Shown here: positions 1 through 11,600 of the stretch, one piece after another
How positions within the stretch are numbered: the first letter of the stretch is position 1
Layout: every line of letters starts with the position of its first letter
Source of the DNA: Pirellulales bacterium
GTDB taxonomy: Bacteria > Planctomycetota > Planctomycetia > Pirellulales > PALSA-1355
NCBI GenBank assembly: GCA_963733035.1
Contig: CAVTBU010000004.1
Location: 64,001-128,000, forward strand
Direction of reading: 5' to 3'
DNA: 64,000 bases
Translations under genes and position numbers: made by a program
Notes under the pieces: generated by a model
What the model was told of the DNA's origin: nothing
Database searches by the model: none
The model's input: only the letters and a program-made list of their open reading frames with translations

Positions 1-14
1 AAAAAAAATACAGC

Positions 15-254
15 TTGGCGGTTATCGACTATCAATTGCCAGGCATGGACGGCATCGAGCTATTCCGCCGGATGCGTCGACTACAGCCCGATATCGCCGC
101 CATCTTCTTGACCGGCCACACGTCGATCGACGTCGTATACCCTGCCATCGAGGCCGGAATCCTGAGGGTGTTGGCCAAGCCCGCGAACTTCCAAGAACTG
201 ATGCCGATCATTGAGCAACATGCGGGAGGAAGTGCGTACGACACGCTGGCTTGA
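15..254 (+). CDS. Response regulator receiver-domain protein, 5' partial at window edge
   Basis: CheY-like motifs VID-YQLPGMDG, FLTG and LAKP. Confidence 0.85.
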   Translation: MAVIDYQLPGMDGIELFRRMRRLQPDIAAIFLTGHTSIDVVYPAIEAGILRVLAKPANFQELMPIIEQHAGGSAYDTLA

Positions 255-597
255 TGAACGCGAACGCCGGAGCAAGTGTCGGAGAGCCCGGGTCGGGAAA
301 TGCGGCGTCTCTTGCGGGGGTTGAGACGATTGTTTCAACGGGCGCCGCGACGGTAGCAAAGAGTTCCTCGAATCCCTCAATGGGTTCCAACTTCCCTCGA
401 CGATGATCATCGGCACCGACGGCACGCTGCAGGCGATTCACGCCAAGGGCTACTCGCTGGATGCCAACCATCCAAACGGTCGCTTCAAAGAAACGCTCAC
501 CGCCGACCTCGAAGCTCTGCTATCCGGCAAGAACCTGGCAGCGGAATATCTGTCCCATCGCGCGAAAGAGGGCGGTGACGAAACGACGGCGAAATGA
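254..597 (+). CDS. Small hypothetical protein with a TlpA/thioredoxin-like C-terminal segment; probable 1-nt frameshift near 342-345
   Basis: ATG overlaps the upstream stop (TGATG). One added base at GGCGCC joins it to the frame reading EFLESLNGFQLPSTMIIGTDGTLQAIHAKGY, which resembles the redoxin P-T-x-I-I-D-x-x-G segment. Confidence 0.4.
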
Positions 598-714
598 ACA
601 GCCGGACCGCCGCACTCGAGCGCGAGGCGCATGCAAAAGGAAACCGCGTCAGGAGCACCGGCAATCCGCCAGAGCCCGACGCGGTATTTATTTGTTGCTG
701 GAGCTATCCGGCGA

Positions 715-2316
715 TTAGCCGCGGCGGCGGTAACCCCAGAGTACCGCGACGATGCCAATGCCCATGAGGACCAGAGAGCTCGGTTCCGGAACGAGTTGCG
801 TGACGAACACGCCTGAGCTGCCGTCCAAGAAGCTGGCGGCAAAACCGACTGAGCCATCGTCGCTGAATCCGGAGCTGAAGTTGTTTTCGTGCCCGGCATC
901 GGATCCATCAAGACCGTGGAAGGACAAGAATTCGATCTGGCGGAAATCGCCCGGCGCAACTTCAAGCGATTGTCCCTCGGCGACCACCTCGTGCAGCACG
1001 CCGGACTGATCTTGGGCAAAGATGGCCTCCGAGAAATCGGACAGTTGGGCGAGAAACGCGGTTTGACCGTTTTCGTTGATCGTCCAGCGCACGATGCCGA
1101 TGAACGTCAGGCCGCCGGTGTCTGGCGCCACGTCGCCCGTCAGTGCAACCGCGTGCAGTCCGCCGAAGGATTCGGAATACAAACCGAGTCGGCCGTCAGA
1201 AAGATACGCGGTGAACGCGGCGTCGCCGGCGGCGTCGATGCCGAGTGTGGTCGAGTTGATGCCGGTACCGCCGGTGCCGAACACCGCGCCGCCCCCGCCG
1301 GGAGCCAGATCGCCCTCGACCGCCACTTTGTCGATGCCGCCGCCGCGTGCTACCCAAATGCCGTCGGGAACGGTGCCGCCGACCAATCGAGCGCTGAAGA
1401 CAATGTCGTCGCTGTTGTTGATTGCCGTGGTGTCGTTAAACAGGATGCTGAACGTTCCGCCGCCCGGCGCGAGATCGCCGCTGGCAACGACTTTCGACAG
1501 GGAGCCGCTGCTGTCGGTCCAGACGCCTTCGCCGCTGCTGCCACCGGTAATTCCACCGACCATGGCGATGTGTCCGGCATTGTTAATGGCTGGCGTGGCG
1601 AAGGCGTTGAAGATGCCGGCGGTGCCGGGCGCGCCGTCCCCTTCCTCGGCAACCTTAGCGAGCGACCCGGAACCTTGCGACCAGACTCCGGTCGAAGGGA
1701 AGTTTCCGGGAGGCGCGGCCGTCGGAGGCATGTCGCCCATGAACGTCGCTTGTCCACTGTCGTTGAAACCCCCGGTCGTTCCGAAGAAGGGCTGAAAGAC
1801 ACGATTCGGGTCTGTGGTGCCCGGCGCTGGGTCGCCACCGGCCGCAACTTTCTGCACCGCGTTGCCGATGCCGGTTTCGGAAAACAATCCGGCCGTGTTG
1901 AAGTCACTGAGATCTTGTTGGAAAGCGGCTTGTCCAGAGTTGTTCAGATAGAAACGAACGTTTGGATCAGAGAAGTCTCCAAAATTGAGCGCGGTGCCCG
2001 GTGCGGCCTCGCCTTGCAAGGCAACCTTGGCGAGCGAACCACTTCCTTCTGACCATAGCCCCGATGAAAAGTCGTTATCGTCGATACCGCCGATGAACGC
2101 GGCCTGATCGCTGTTGTTAATGATTGGCGCGCTGAGATAGCTGTAGTTGAAGGATGTTCCCGGCGCCGCCGCGTCAGATAAGGTGACGGTCCGAACGTCA
2201 ACCGCGTTTGCCAATCGGGAGACCGCGAACTGGCTGGCGAGTGCCAGCAGCAAACCAAGAGCGAGTGGTAACGTTGAAATTCGCTTTGAGCAGTGAGACA
2301 CGGTTGTTGACATCAT
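715..2316 (-). CDS. PEP-CTERM surface protein with NxxGxxAF beta-propeller-like repeats
   Basis: Signal peptide; repeats NNSDQAAF, NNSGQAAF, NDSGQATF, NNAGHIAM, NENGQTAF; C-terminal VPEPSS + TM + RRR. Confidence 0.9.
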   Translation of the reverse strand: MMSTTVSHCSKRISTLPLALGLLLALASQFAVSRLANAVDVRTVTLSDAAAPGTSFNYSYLSAPIINNSDQAAFIGGIDDNDFSSGLWSEGSGSLAKVALQGEAAPGTALNFGDFSDPNVRFYLNNSGQAAFQQDLSDFNTAGLFSETGIGNAVQKVAAGGDPAPGTTDPNRVFQPFFGTTGGFNDSGQATFMGDMPPTAAPPGNFPSTGVWSQGSGSLAKVAEEGDGAPGTAGIFNAFATPAINNAGHIAMVGGITGGSSGEGVWTDSSGSLSKVVASGDLAPGGGTFSILFNDTTAINNSDDIVFSARLVGGTVPDGIWVARGGGIDKVAVEGDLAPGGGGAVFGTGGTGINSTTLGIDAAGDAAFTAYLSDGRLGLYSESFGGLHAVALTGDVAPDTGGLTFIGIVRWTINENGQTAFLAQLSDFSEAIFAQDQSGVLHEVVAEGQSLEVAPGDFRQIEFLSFHGLDGSDAGHENNFSSGFSDDGSVGFAASFLDGSSGVFVTQLVPEPSSLVLMGIGIVAVLWGYRRRG

Positions 2317-2750
2317 GAGCGCCCTTCACGCAAAGAAAAGTAGGTCTAGCTGACAATTCCCGTTACGTTGACCCGCCGCCTTTCCAGGCCAGCAACCGCC
2401 ACGATTGTAATCACTTGCCCCCCCAACGGTGCATGATGAAAGCTAACTTTTTCGTTATTCTTTTGGGGGGCGATATGTCGTGCTGCGAAACGGAATCATA
2501 AATCATTGCCCGACAATGCCTTTTGGCCGTCAAGCTAAGAATTGGGATAAGTCTCGCTAACAAGAAGCTAATAGAGCGAAGGTCTCCCGAACGAGATCCC
2601 GGCAGCCTAGCTGGCTTGCTGTTTTGCCTCAGCAGTGCGATGGCTGAATTGCCTGGACGCGGCTCATCACGGCAACCGCCACGCGCTAGCAACGTGCGCT
2701 TTTGGCGAAGTCGTGAGACGAACGCGTAAACGACAAGGGGGCACGCGCGC

Positions 2751-3848
2751 TCACTTGAACTTGCGGTTCAACCAATCGATCATCACCCGATTGACCTCGT
2801 CCGGCTTTTCCTGCTGGGTCCAGTGGCCGCAGTCTTTGACCGTGTAGCGGTCGAAGTCGACGATGAAATCTTCCATGCCGTCGGCCGACGAGGGACGCAA
2901 AATCACGTCATTCTCGGCGCCGATATATAGACACGGCACGTCGATCTGCCACTTGGCGCCCTTCATCGAGGCCGGGGCGCGGGCAATGTTGCGATACCAA
3001 TTCAATCCGCCGCGGAAACCGGTGATCTCGAACGTCTCGACGAAGTAGTTCAGCTCGTCGTCACTGAGAAAGGCCTCGCCGGCAAACTTGTCGCGCTCGA
3101 GCATCGCCAGCAGATTGAGCTGCCTCTCGGGCGAACCCTTGGGAAGCGCCTTGAAGCGTTCGACGTTCCAGATGTCGCCACGGGTGAGAATCATGCGGAA
3201 CGTCTTGCGAACGTCTTTCTCCAGGGCCGCCTCGGCGACGCCCGGCTTTTGAAACTGCGCCACGTAGTAGTTCGGAGACATCTCGATGAGCGGCGGCTCG
3301 GCTGGTTTCTTGAGCGCCAACCCCGGCGGGCGCGAGCAAGGCGTGTTGACGCCAATAACGCCCAGGCAGCGCTCGGGGTGGATGCGGACCATCGCCCACA
3401 CCACGCCGCCGCCCCAATCGTGTCCGCAGAACACGGCCTTCTCAATACCCAGCGCGTCGAGCATGCCAGCTAGGTCGTCGCACAAATGCTTGAGGTCGTA
3501 CGTGGTGACGTCTTCGGGGCGATCGGTGAGCCCATAACCGCGCTGATCGGGCGCGATGGCGCGATAGCCCGCCTCGCGGAGTGCCTTGACCTGGTGTCGC
3601 CAGGAAAAGGCCAACTCTGGAAATCCATGGCACAAAACCACCGGCACGCCTTCGCCCTGCTCGTAGACCGCCATGCGAATGCCGTTAGTCTGGATGAACT
3701 TGGGGGCCGGCATCTGCGGTGCGGGGCGCACTTGGTTAGCGGGCGCTTTTTCGTCTGCGCACATCGCAGGTGATCGATTCCAAAGCAAAACGACGAGAAC
3801 AATCATGGCAAGCGACGTTAGGCGCCGGCGGAAGCGGTTGTCAGTCAT
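2751..3848 (-). CDS. Alpha/beta hydrolase, epoxide hydrolase-like
   Basis: HGFPE, GHDWGG, GLNWYRN and CGHWTQQE motifs; start chosen at MTDNRF, before the signal peptide. Confidence 0.9.
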   Translation of the reverse strand: MTDNRFRRRLTSLAMIVLVVLLWNRSPAMCADEKAPANQVRPAPQMPAPKFIQTNGIRMAVYEQGEGVPVVLCHGFPELAFSWRHQVKALREAGYRAIAPDQRGYGLTDRPEDVTTYDLKHLCDDLAGMLDALGIEKAVFCGHDWGGGVVWAMVRIHPERCLGVIGVNTPCSRPPGLALKKPAEPPLIEMSPNYYVAQFQKPGVAEAALEKDVRKTFRMILTRGDIWNVERFKALPKGSPERQLNLLAMLERDKFAGEAFLSDDELNYFVETFEITGFRGGLNWYRNIARAPASMKGAKWQIDVPCLYIGAENDVILRPSSADGMEDFIVDFDRYTVKDCGHWTQQEKPDEVNRVMIDWLNRKFK

Positions 3849-4041
3849 GGCGGGCGACTCCGACCAATTGCAGATGGAGCTGAACTTCACGGCAATAGAA
3901 GGCCAATTGCCAGGGACATCGTACCACGACCGCAGGCGGGGAGAATAACGAAATCCATGACGCGCGGATTGAGCGGGTTCGTGCGAACCGCATTGACGTC
4001 TCGGCGGCAGCGTACGGGCAGCGCGGACGGGTGAGGACGGG

Positions 4042-5046
4042 CTAATAGCGGAAGGAAAAGCCGACACCCGTGAAAAAGTTGTCGGCGTTCTGATTCAGGC
4101 CCAGGCCCGCGCGCCAGTCGAACTGGACGTTGTGCGACGGGCGCCACTTGAGGCCGCCGTCGAGGTACGGTGCCACGTAGCTCTCGTCTCGGTACGCGAA
4201 ATAACCGTAACCGTAATACAAACCGGGAAAATAGAAGTACCGATACACCTTCTGGTGGCCGAACACGGCATAACCTTCGGCGAACAAGCTGAGCCGCGGT
4301 GTGCATTGATAGCGCAAGATGACTGATTGAAAATACTCGGTCAGAGAAAAGTAATCCTCGCTGTCGAACACGCCGCCGGTGCTGCCGCCGAGCGAAAGTT
4401 TGTCGGTGAGCGACCAGGTATAGATATAGTCGACCAGCGGCGCAACGTGCTGACTACGATTGAGCATATTGCTGGGTATTGGCAGCGCCCACCCGTCGCC
4501 GGTCGGCACGAATAAGGTCGTCACCAGCGCCGATTGCGGCATCCAGCCGCCGTGCGTCGATATCTGAAACTTGAATCCTACCTGCAAGTTCGCCACCCAG
4601 TTGTTGGAATAATCGTATTCGGAGTAGCGACCGCCACCCAACAGCGCCGGGCCGTTCCAGATGGCGCGAAACTCCACCCGACGCGTCATGCCCAATCGCA
4701 GGGCAAGCTCGGGCAGCACGTGCAGGCTCCGCGACGGATAGCTTGACCGGTTCGCGTACAAGTAGCCACTCTCCACCTGGGCCCACCCCTTGGGAACCGT
4801 TGTGTCTGAGTACGTGAAGCTTGGCCGATCAGTGATGATGCCCGTCTCGTCAACAGCGGCGCGCCGCGCGTGATCCTGCTGCCAGCGACGAAAGAAGCCG
4901 GGTTCGTCGGTAAAGTCGACCAGAGGAACCACTGGTTCCAAAGGGGGCAATGGCTCGAGTTGGTCGGCGCCGGCGCACACCGCCCAGACGGTGCACAATA
5001 CTGCCAAAACACCGCCCAAGATTAAAAGGAAATGTCGGCAAGGCAT
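4042..5046 (-). CDS. Outer-membrane beta-barrel 'transporter' family protein (Phenol_MetA_deg-like), paralog 1
   Basis: Signal peptide, ITDRPSFT..TVPKGWAQVESG motif, amphipathic strands, C-terminal GFSFRY. Confidence 0.75.
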   Translation of the reverse strand: MPCRHFLLILGGVLAVLCTVWAVCAGADQLEPLPPLEPVVPLVDFTDEPGFFRRWQQDHARRAAVDETGIITDRPSFTYSDTTVPKGWAQVESGYLYANRSSYPSRSLHVLPELALRLGMTRRVEFRAIWNGPALLGGGRYSEYDYSNNWVANLQVGFKFQISTHGGWMPQSALVTTLFVPTGDGWALPIPSNMLNRSQHVAPLVDYIYTWSLTDKLSLGGSTGGVFDSEDYFSLTEYFQSVILRYQCTPRLSLFAEGYAVFGHQKVYRYFYFPGLYYGYGYFAYRDESYVAPYLDGGLKWRPSHNVQFDWRAGLGLNQNADNFFTGVGFSFRY

Positions 5047-5085
5047 TGATCAATCAGGATTTGAAACGGGAAGCTGCTTCGACGG

Positions 5086-6054
5086 TTAATAGCGGAACGA
5101 AAACCCGGCGCTGGTGAAAACGCCGTTGCCATCGTGGATGCCGGGTCTGCCGATGATCCAATCGAGCTGGGCGTTGTTGAAGAAGCGCCACTTGACGCCG
5201 GCGTCGATTCCGGCGCCGTTGCCGCCGTAGTACTGGTCGGTGAACACCTCATAGTATTCCGTGAACAGCGTTAATCGTCGCGTCCAATGAAACTTGAGAA
5301 TGGCCGATTGGAAAAAGTGATCGACGGTCGTACCGTTGTTCGTTCCAATCACCAATCCACTGCTGCCGCCGACCGAGAACCGCTCGCTCAGCCGCCAAAA
5401 GTAGATGTAATCGATCAGGGGACTCGCCGATTCCCAAGCGTAAAAGGCGGTCAGCTGGTAGGGGGTGCCATAGAAGTTGCCGGTCGGAATGATCACGTCG
5501 GTGATCAGTGCCGACTGCGGGAGCCATCCCCGCTGTTGGCTGACTTGAATTTTGACGCCAAACTCCGTGCTCGACGCACCCGCAAAGCGCAGCGTGCCAT
5601 GGCTCGATTTACCGGTGAGCCTGGCGGTCGAAATACCGCCCCATAGAGCCCGAAACTCAACGCGCGGCAGAATTCCGATCCGCAGATTCATCTGCGGGAA
5701 ACTGTTCCACGTGAACGTGCTCTGGCTATCCTCTGCCGAAACCGTGACAAACCCCGTTTCGAGTTGCACCCAGCCCTGCGGCACCGTGGTGGGCGCTAGC
5801 GTGAAACTGGGGCGGTCGGTTTGAATCATGGTGCCCTGCGCAACGCGCCACGCATGGTTTTGCTGCCAACGCTGCAGGAAGCCCAAGTCGGTGGTGAACA
5901 TTTCCAGCGGCACGACGGGCTGGGCCTCGGGCATGAGCTCAACGGCATCGAGCGCGGGAAGCGTTTCCACGCCGCCGGCTACTTTTGCAATGCAGCAGGC
6001 CAACAGCGCTGCAAACGCTAGCGGCGCCGCGGATGAGCGACGGGCGGTATGCAT
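5086..6054 (-). CDS. Outer-membrane beta-barrel 'transporter' family protein, paralog 2
   Basis: QTDRPSFT..TVPQGWVQLETG motif and C-terminal GFSFRY; collinear with 4042..5046. Confidence 0.75.
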   Translation of the reverse strand: MHTARRSSAAPLAFAALLACCIAKVAGGVETLPALDAVELMPEAQPVVPLEMFTTDLGFLQRWQQNHAWRVAQGTMIQTDRPSFTLAPTTVPQGWVQLETGFVTVSAEDSQSTFTWNSFPQMNLRIGILPRVEFRALWGGISTARLTGKSSHGTLRFAGASSTEFGVKIQVSQQRGWLPQSALITDVIIPTGNFYGTPYQLTAFYAWESASPLIDYIYFWRLSERFSVGGSSGLVIGTNNGTTVDHFFQSAILKFHWTRRLTLFTEYYEVFTDQYYGGNGAGIDAGVKWRFFNNAQLDWIIGRPGIHDGNGVFTSAGFSFRY

Positions 6055-6245
6055 CGGGAAAAACCGGGAGGTGGAAAAGTTCGAAGCAGAATTGGCAGGG
6101 GCCGCCAGGTTGGTCGGGAGCGGCCCCTAAAGACGGGGTATAAGGCCTATCGGCCATTTGTGTACTTACGATATATGAATTCTGCGGACTGCGCCCGGCA
6201 CTTTTGGCAGGCCGAATGCTAGCAGCGCGAACGCCCGGCCGATCG

Positions 6246-7079
6246 CTATTTGAGCCCGAACACCCTTCGCGCGTTGACCGCGAGGAATTTGGCCTTGGTC
6301 TCGGGCTTGAGCTCCAGTGCGCGGGCCTGCTCAGCGCATTGCTTGAGGTCGAGCATCGGGAAGTTGCTGCCGAAGAGGACTTTGTCCTGACCGTAGGTGT
6401 TCATGAAGTGCAGCAGTTGCGGCGGGTAGTAGCGCGGCAGGTAGGCGCTGGTGTCGATGTAGACGTGCTCGTGCTTCCAGGCCAGTGCGATCATCTCGTC
6501 GGTCCACGGGTAGCCGATGTGGCCGCCGACAATCTTGAGTTGGGGAAACGTCAGGGCCACTTCGTCGATGTAGGGGATCGGGCGGCCGGTGTCCGACGGC
6601 ATGAGCGGCCCGGTGTGCCCCACCTGCGTGCAAAACGGAATGTCGAGCTCGACACACTTGACGTACAGCGGATAGTACAGTCGGTCGTTGGGCGGCAGCT
6701 TCCACAACCAGGGAATCACCCGCAACGCTTTGAAGCCAAACTCGCGAACCGCGCGGTCCAGCTCACGGACCGCCTCGACCGGGTGTTCGAGATCGACGCC
6801 GGCCACGCCGACGAAGCGGTCGGGATAATCGCGAATGAACTCGGCGATCCGCTCGTTCGAGGCGATCTGGCGGCCGGGCGCCGTCCAACTGGTGACGAGC
6901 AGTCGCTCAATGCCGGCGGCGTCCATCGCGGCCACAAGCTCGGCGGGGCTGAGGCCTCCCTGCCGCTTGTGTGCGCCCGATTGCTCAAAGAGTCGCTTCA
7001 CCTCGGGAAGCTTGTCGCTCATCTCGGCCAGCGGCGGATTGACCCAAGCGTCGATGATCGGGAGCGGTTCGGTCGTCAC
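6246..7079 (-). CDS. Amidohydrolase family protein (Amidohydro_2)
   Basis: IIDAW, YYPLY.KC.ELDIP, GGHIGYPW, YIDTSA and VLFGSNFP motifs; GTG start inferred. Confidence 0.88.
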   Translation of the reverse strand: MTTEPLPIIDAWVNPPLAEMSDKLPEVKRLFEQSGAHKRQGGLSPAELVAAMDAAGIERLLVTSWTAPGRQIASNERIAEFIRDYPDRFVGVAGVDLEHPVEAVRELDRAVREFGFKALRVIPWLWKLPPNDRLYYPLYVKCVELDIPFCTQVGHTGPLMPSDTGRPIPYIDEVALTFPQLKIVGGHIGYPWTDEMIALAWKHEHVYIDTSAYLPRYYPPQLLHFMNTYGQDKVLFGSNFPMLDLKQCAEQARALELKPETKAKFLAVNARRVFGLK

Positions 7080-7107
7080 AAGGAATTCTCCGGCGGCGAT
7101 GACTCGG

Positions 7108-7797
7108 CTACTTGTCGAGCGGCTTGAGTTTGATGTTCTTATACCAGCAATCGCCGCCGTGATCTTGGAGGCCGATGTAGCCGCGGCGGGGATGGTCTTT
7201 GTAGGCCACGTCAAACTTGTGCTGACTGCCGTCGGGACGCTTGTTCTTCTCGGTCCACTGGTCGAAGTCGATGCGGTTGACCTGCCGGCCGTTGAGTTCG
7301 ACGGTCATGAGGTTGTCGTCACAGGTCACCTGCAAGTGGTTCCACTGGCCGGCGGGCTTCATGGCATTCTCCTTCGGCGGCACCAAGTCGTAGATCGCGC
7401 CGGTGTCGTGCAGGCCGGCGGTCGTGGTGTCGTCGACGGCCACCTCGATGCCGTTGTAGCCGACGTCTTTGCCGGGCCGTGGCTCGAGCGGCCAGGTGCG
7501 AACGAACACGCCGCTGTTGCACTTGGGACTGATTTTGAATTCGAGCGAGAGCACAAAGTCACTCCAAGGTCGATCGTGGATCATCATGTAGCCGCCGCAG
7601 CCGTGCGGATTGATGGCATGATCCTCGACCGGCTTGCGGCTCGGCTTCTGGCTGCTAGTCATCCAGCCGTCAAGCGAGTGGCCGTCGAAGAGGAGAATCC
7701 AGCCGTTTTGTTTTTCTTCGGGCGTGAGCCGGTTTTCGGCGGCAAGGGCGACCGTAGCGGTGATGAAGCACCCCGAAGCAATGACTAGCCATTTCAC
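7108..7797 (-). CDS. DUF1080 (3-keto-disaccharide hydrolase family) secreted protein
   Basis: GWILLFDG.SLDGW, NSGVFVR, GQWN and GYIGLQDHG..WYKNIKLK motifs. Confidence 0.9.
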   Translation of the reverse strand: MKWLVIASGCFITATVALAAENRLTPEEKQNGWILLFDGHSLDGWMTSSQKPSRKPVEDHAINPHGCGGYMMIHDRPWSDFVLSLEFKISPKCNSGVFVRTWPLEPRPGKDVGYNGIEVAVDDTTTAGLHDTGAIYDLVPPKENAMKPAGQWNHLQVTCDDNLMTVELNGRQVNRIDFDQWTEKNKRPDGSQHKFDVAYKDHPRRGYIGLQDHGGDCWYKNIKLKPLDK

Positions 7798-8051
7798 GTT
7801 GGTGGCCCTTTCGGCATGGTGCGAGGTTGACGGCATTGTGGCCGGCAAACGCCCAGCTTAGCGAACTCCGACGAATCCCGACAGCGCGGCCCCGGGGCGG
7901 GACCGTCGAACACTCGAAATGCACCGCCTGCGCGAGAAGACATTTGCATCGAAATACTGACCCCTCATGTCGTCGCTTGACGCTATTAGAGGGGCAGACT
8001 AGACTCGCCCTGTTCGGTCTATCTGTCCTTTTTCGTCTAGGGGCATAGGGC

Positions 8052-8693
8052 GTGTCAGCCAAACGATTGGCTCGCTCGTCGAGCACGCGGTTCGACCGCT
8101 CGCTGGTAGAGGCGCGCCACGGCTCGTTCTCGGCCTTGGGCCAATTGCTCGAGCAATATCGGGACTATTTGCTGCGTATTGCGCAGGCGGAGCTGCGCGC
8201 CGATCTGGCGGCCAAGGTGGCCCCCTCGGACCTTGTGCAGGAGACATTTTTGCGGGCGGCCAAAGCGTTCGACCGTTTTCACGGGACGACTGAAGAACAA
8301 CTGCGATTTTGGCTGCGTCAGATCTTGCTCTACAACGTGCTCGACGCCGTCAAATACTATCGAGGGACCCAGAAACGGGCAGCCGGCCGAGAGATCTCGC
8401 TGGAGGCGATTTCCCCGGCCCACTTCCCCAAGGAAATGGAGCGCAGCGGCGGCGCAAGTTCACTGTTGAGGCAAGCGGAAACGCAATGCCTGGTCAGAGA
8501 GATACTCAGCCGACTACCTACGGACTATCGTCGAGTGATCGAGTTACGAAGTATCGAAGAACGTCCCTTTGAAGAAGTGGGCCGCATACTTGATCGGTCC
8601 GCCGACGCGGCCAGGCAGTTGTGGGCTCGGGCGATTCAGCGTTTTGCCGGCGAATTGCAGGGAACGACCTGTGACGAAGCAAGACCCATTTGA
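8052..8693 (+). CDS. ECF RNA polymerase sigma-70 factor, Planctomycete type
   Basis: ALGQLLEQYRDYL, SDLVQETFLRA, WLRQIL and a region-4 HTH (LPTDYRRVIELR...ARQLWARA). Confidence 0.92.
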   Translation: MSAKRLARSSSTRFDRSLVEARHGSFSALGQLLEQYRDYLLRIAQAELRADLAAKVAPSDLVQETFLRAAKAFDRFHGTTEEQLRFWLRQILLYNVLDAVKYYRGTQKRAAGREISLEAISPAHFPKEMERSGGASSLLRQAETQCLVREILSRLPTDYRRVIELRSIEERPFEEVGRILDRSADAARQLWARAIQRFAGELQGTTCDEARPI

Positions 8694-11600
8694 CGATCGG
8701 CTGGTCGACTTACTGGTTGACTACGACGAGCATCCATCGAGCCCTACTCACGCGCCCAACTTCGATGAATCGACGGTCGCTGCCGAGCTAAGACCGCAAT
8801 TCATCCAAGCGAAGGCTGCCCTAGATTTGCTGCGAGAGCTAAGAACGAGCGGCGACAATGGTTTTGCAGATGATGAGGAGTTCGAGTCGCTGGTCTGCCG
8901 CGACATCCCACCCGTACGCAGAATTGGCCGGTTTGAAATCATCGCGGAGTTGGGTTGCGGCGGCTTCGGCATCGTTTACCGGGCCTGGGACCCCCGCACG
9001 TCTCGTGACGTCGCGCTCAAAATTCCGCGGCTCCAGGCTTTGGCCTCCGGCGATCTGAGGCAACGCTTCGAACAGGAAGCTCGCGCCGCAGCGCGACTGG
9101 ATCATCCTCACATCGCCACCGTGCTGGACGCCGGAATCGAGGCCGGCCTGCCGTACATGACGTCGGTCTATTATCCGGGCGTCACGCTGGCCACCTGGCT
9201 ACGGGAGCGCACGGTTGATGTCGATCAAGCCGAGGCAGCAAGACTGATCCAGCAGCTTGCTGAAGCAATGGCTCACGCGCACGAGCGCGGCGTGTTGCAT
9301 CGCGATATCAAGCCGAGCAACGTGCTGCTGGTTGCGCAGGAAAAGTGTTGCGGCGAAGCGATCGAACTACACCTGACCACTCCCAAATTACTGGATTTCG
9401 GCCTGGCCAAGCTCACCGCCGAAGCTCACGATCTGACGCAGACGGGCATGCTGCTGGGTACCATTCGCTACCTGCCGCCCGAGCAGGCGGCAGGGCGCGT
9501 GCGTGAGATTGGCCCCGCGGTAGACGTCTACGCGCTGGGTGCCATTCTATACGAGTTGCTGACCGGGCAGCCGCCGTTTGCGGCCGATTCCGATCTAGAA
9601 GTACTCCGCTGCATTGAGCAGCGCGATCCGAGCAAGATCCGCGAGCTGCGCCGCGGAGCATCCAAGGACTTGGAGACCATCTGTCACAAATGCCTGGAGA
9701 AAGATCCGAGCAGGCGTTATCCCACCGCCAAGACGCTTGCCGAGGACTTGGGGCGTTACCTACAAGGAGCCCCCATCCTGGCTCGGCCAGCGACAAGCCC
9801 GGAACGTGCATGGAAATGGATCAAGCGCAACCCAGCCCGGGCGAGCCTGTTGGCATTGGCGCTCGCGTCGACGACGGTCTTGATTCTGGGGTTGGCGATA
9901 TCGAACCACCGTATCCGGCTCGAGCGCGACCGTGCGACCGCCAGCGAAGCGGAGGCGACGAAGCAGACCTTGATTGCCCGCCGGTACGCCTATGGGACGG
10001 ATTTCCGACTGGCTCAAGAGGCCTGGGATCATTCAGCGCCCGAGGAAGCCATCCGGATCATGGACCGGTACGTGCCGAGTGCGGGCGAAACCGATTTGCG
10101 GGGCCCGGAGTGGCATCTGTTGTGGAACCAGATCCATCGTCAAAACCAAATCTTGACCCAATCCGACGCGATCGCCTGGTCGCTCGCAGCCAGTACTGAC
10201 GGCAAGCTATTTGCCATCGGCGATTCCGCAGGCAAGATTCAACTTCGATCGGTCAACCCGCCGCGACTGTTGCGCGAAATTTCCACCGGATGGACCGGCA
10301 ACATCGACCAGGTCCTATTTGCGCCCAGCGGCAGGGAATTGATTAGTGGAACCGAGGATGGTGCGATCCGAATCTGGTCCGTTTCCGATGGAAAGCTGCT
10401 CGACACTTTGCTGGAACACAAGAACTGGGTCGGCGCACTCGCAATATCGCCGGACGGTGAAATTCTATTTAGCGGCGACGGCGATGGTCGGGTGTTGATG
10501 TGGGACCTCAATCAAAGAAAGCTATTGTGCCAGCTGATGCAGCAGCAGGGAGAGGTTCGCTGCCTGGCAATCGATTTCGTACATCCCATGATAGCGAGCT
10601 TCACAGAAGAGGGTGCTGCGGGCGTTTGGGACTATCGACGGCGCATTCCCCAAGATGCGCTGCCCGACGGGAAGCTCGCAGTGCCGTCGAAGAGGCCCAT
10701 TCGGGCCGCAGCATTCAGTCACAACGGGCACGCTTTGTACGCGCTGCAAGACAAGAACATCTTGCAATGGGACGCCAACCGTCAATTCCAGCTTACGACG
10801 CTGCCGGAACCAGCAAGCGACCGCACGCTGGCGATTTCCGGTGATGACAAATGGTTGATTGTCGGGGGTTCGAATGCGACTCCCAACGTTTTTTTGTATC
10901 GCAGCTCGGACTTCGCTCAGCGAATGCTGCGTGGACATTCCCGACGGATTCGTTGTTTGGCACCGATTCCGCAGACCGACCGGTTTCTGTCCGCGTCGGA
11001 CGATGGCTCGGTAAGACTGTGGAAGACAAGTTCAACGGATGGCCTGAAAGTCGGAGACATCGACATTGATTTGAACGCCGATGTTAAGTCACTCGCCTTC
11101 TCGGCTGACGACCGGCAACTGGCCATTGCAACCGACAACGGAGAAGTGCGGGTTCACTCATCGCACGACGGCCAACTGCGCGCTTCCGGAGAATTTACAA
11201 AACCAATCCGCTACGTCGCATTTGCCCGCAATAGTCAACATGTCTTTGTTATGGACGGCTCGTTTGAACTGGTTAGTTGGGATCCCGTAAGGGGAAGCAA
11301 GAAGACCGTGCTTCGCCTGGTGGATGGATCGCGTTTTTGCCTTGCCGGAAACGACAGGCTTTTGTGCTATGAAATGGGCAGGGAATATCTGGCGGTCAGG
11401 TTAGACGACGGACGCGAGGTCTGGCGACTAGCGATGGCCGACGACGTGATGGACACTGATGCCGACGGCAATCGGGTATTTGCGAGCTGCGGCGACGGTA
11501 GACTGTATGCTTTCGATGCCAATACCGGGCACAAAATCGCCGAGGCGATGCATCGCGGAACCGTCATGGCACTCAGCATCGATCGTGCCGGCAAGCGAGT

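Noticed and set aside
301..345. In-frame C-G-G-TGA upstream of a redoxin-like ORF, suggesting a CxxU selenoprotein
   Set aside because: That frame has no convincing start and I saw no SECIS-like hairpin. A single-base loss at GCGC 342-345, joining the ATG at 254, explains it more simply.
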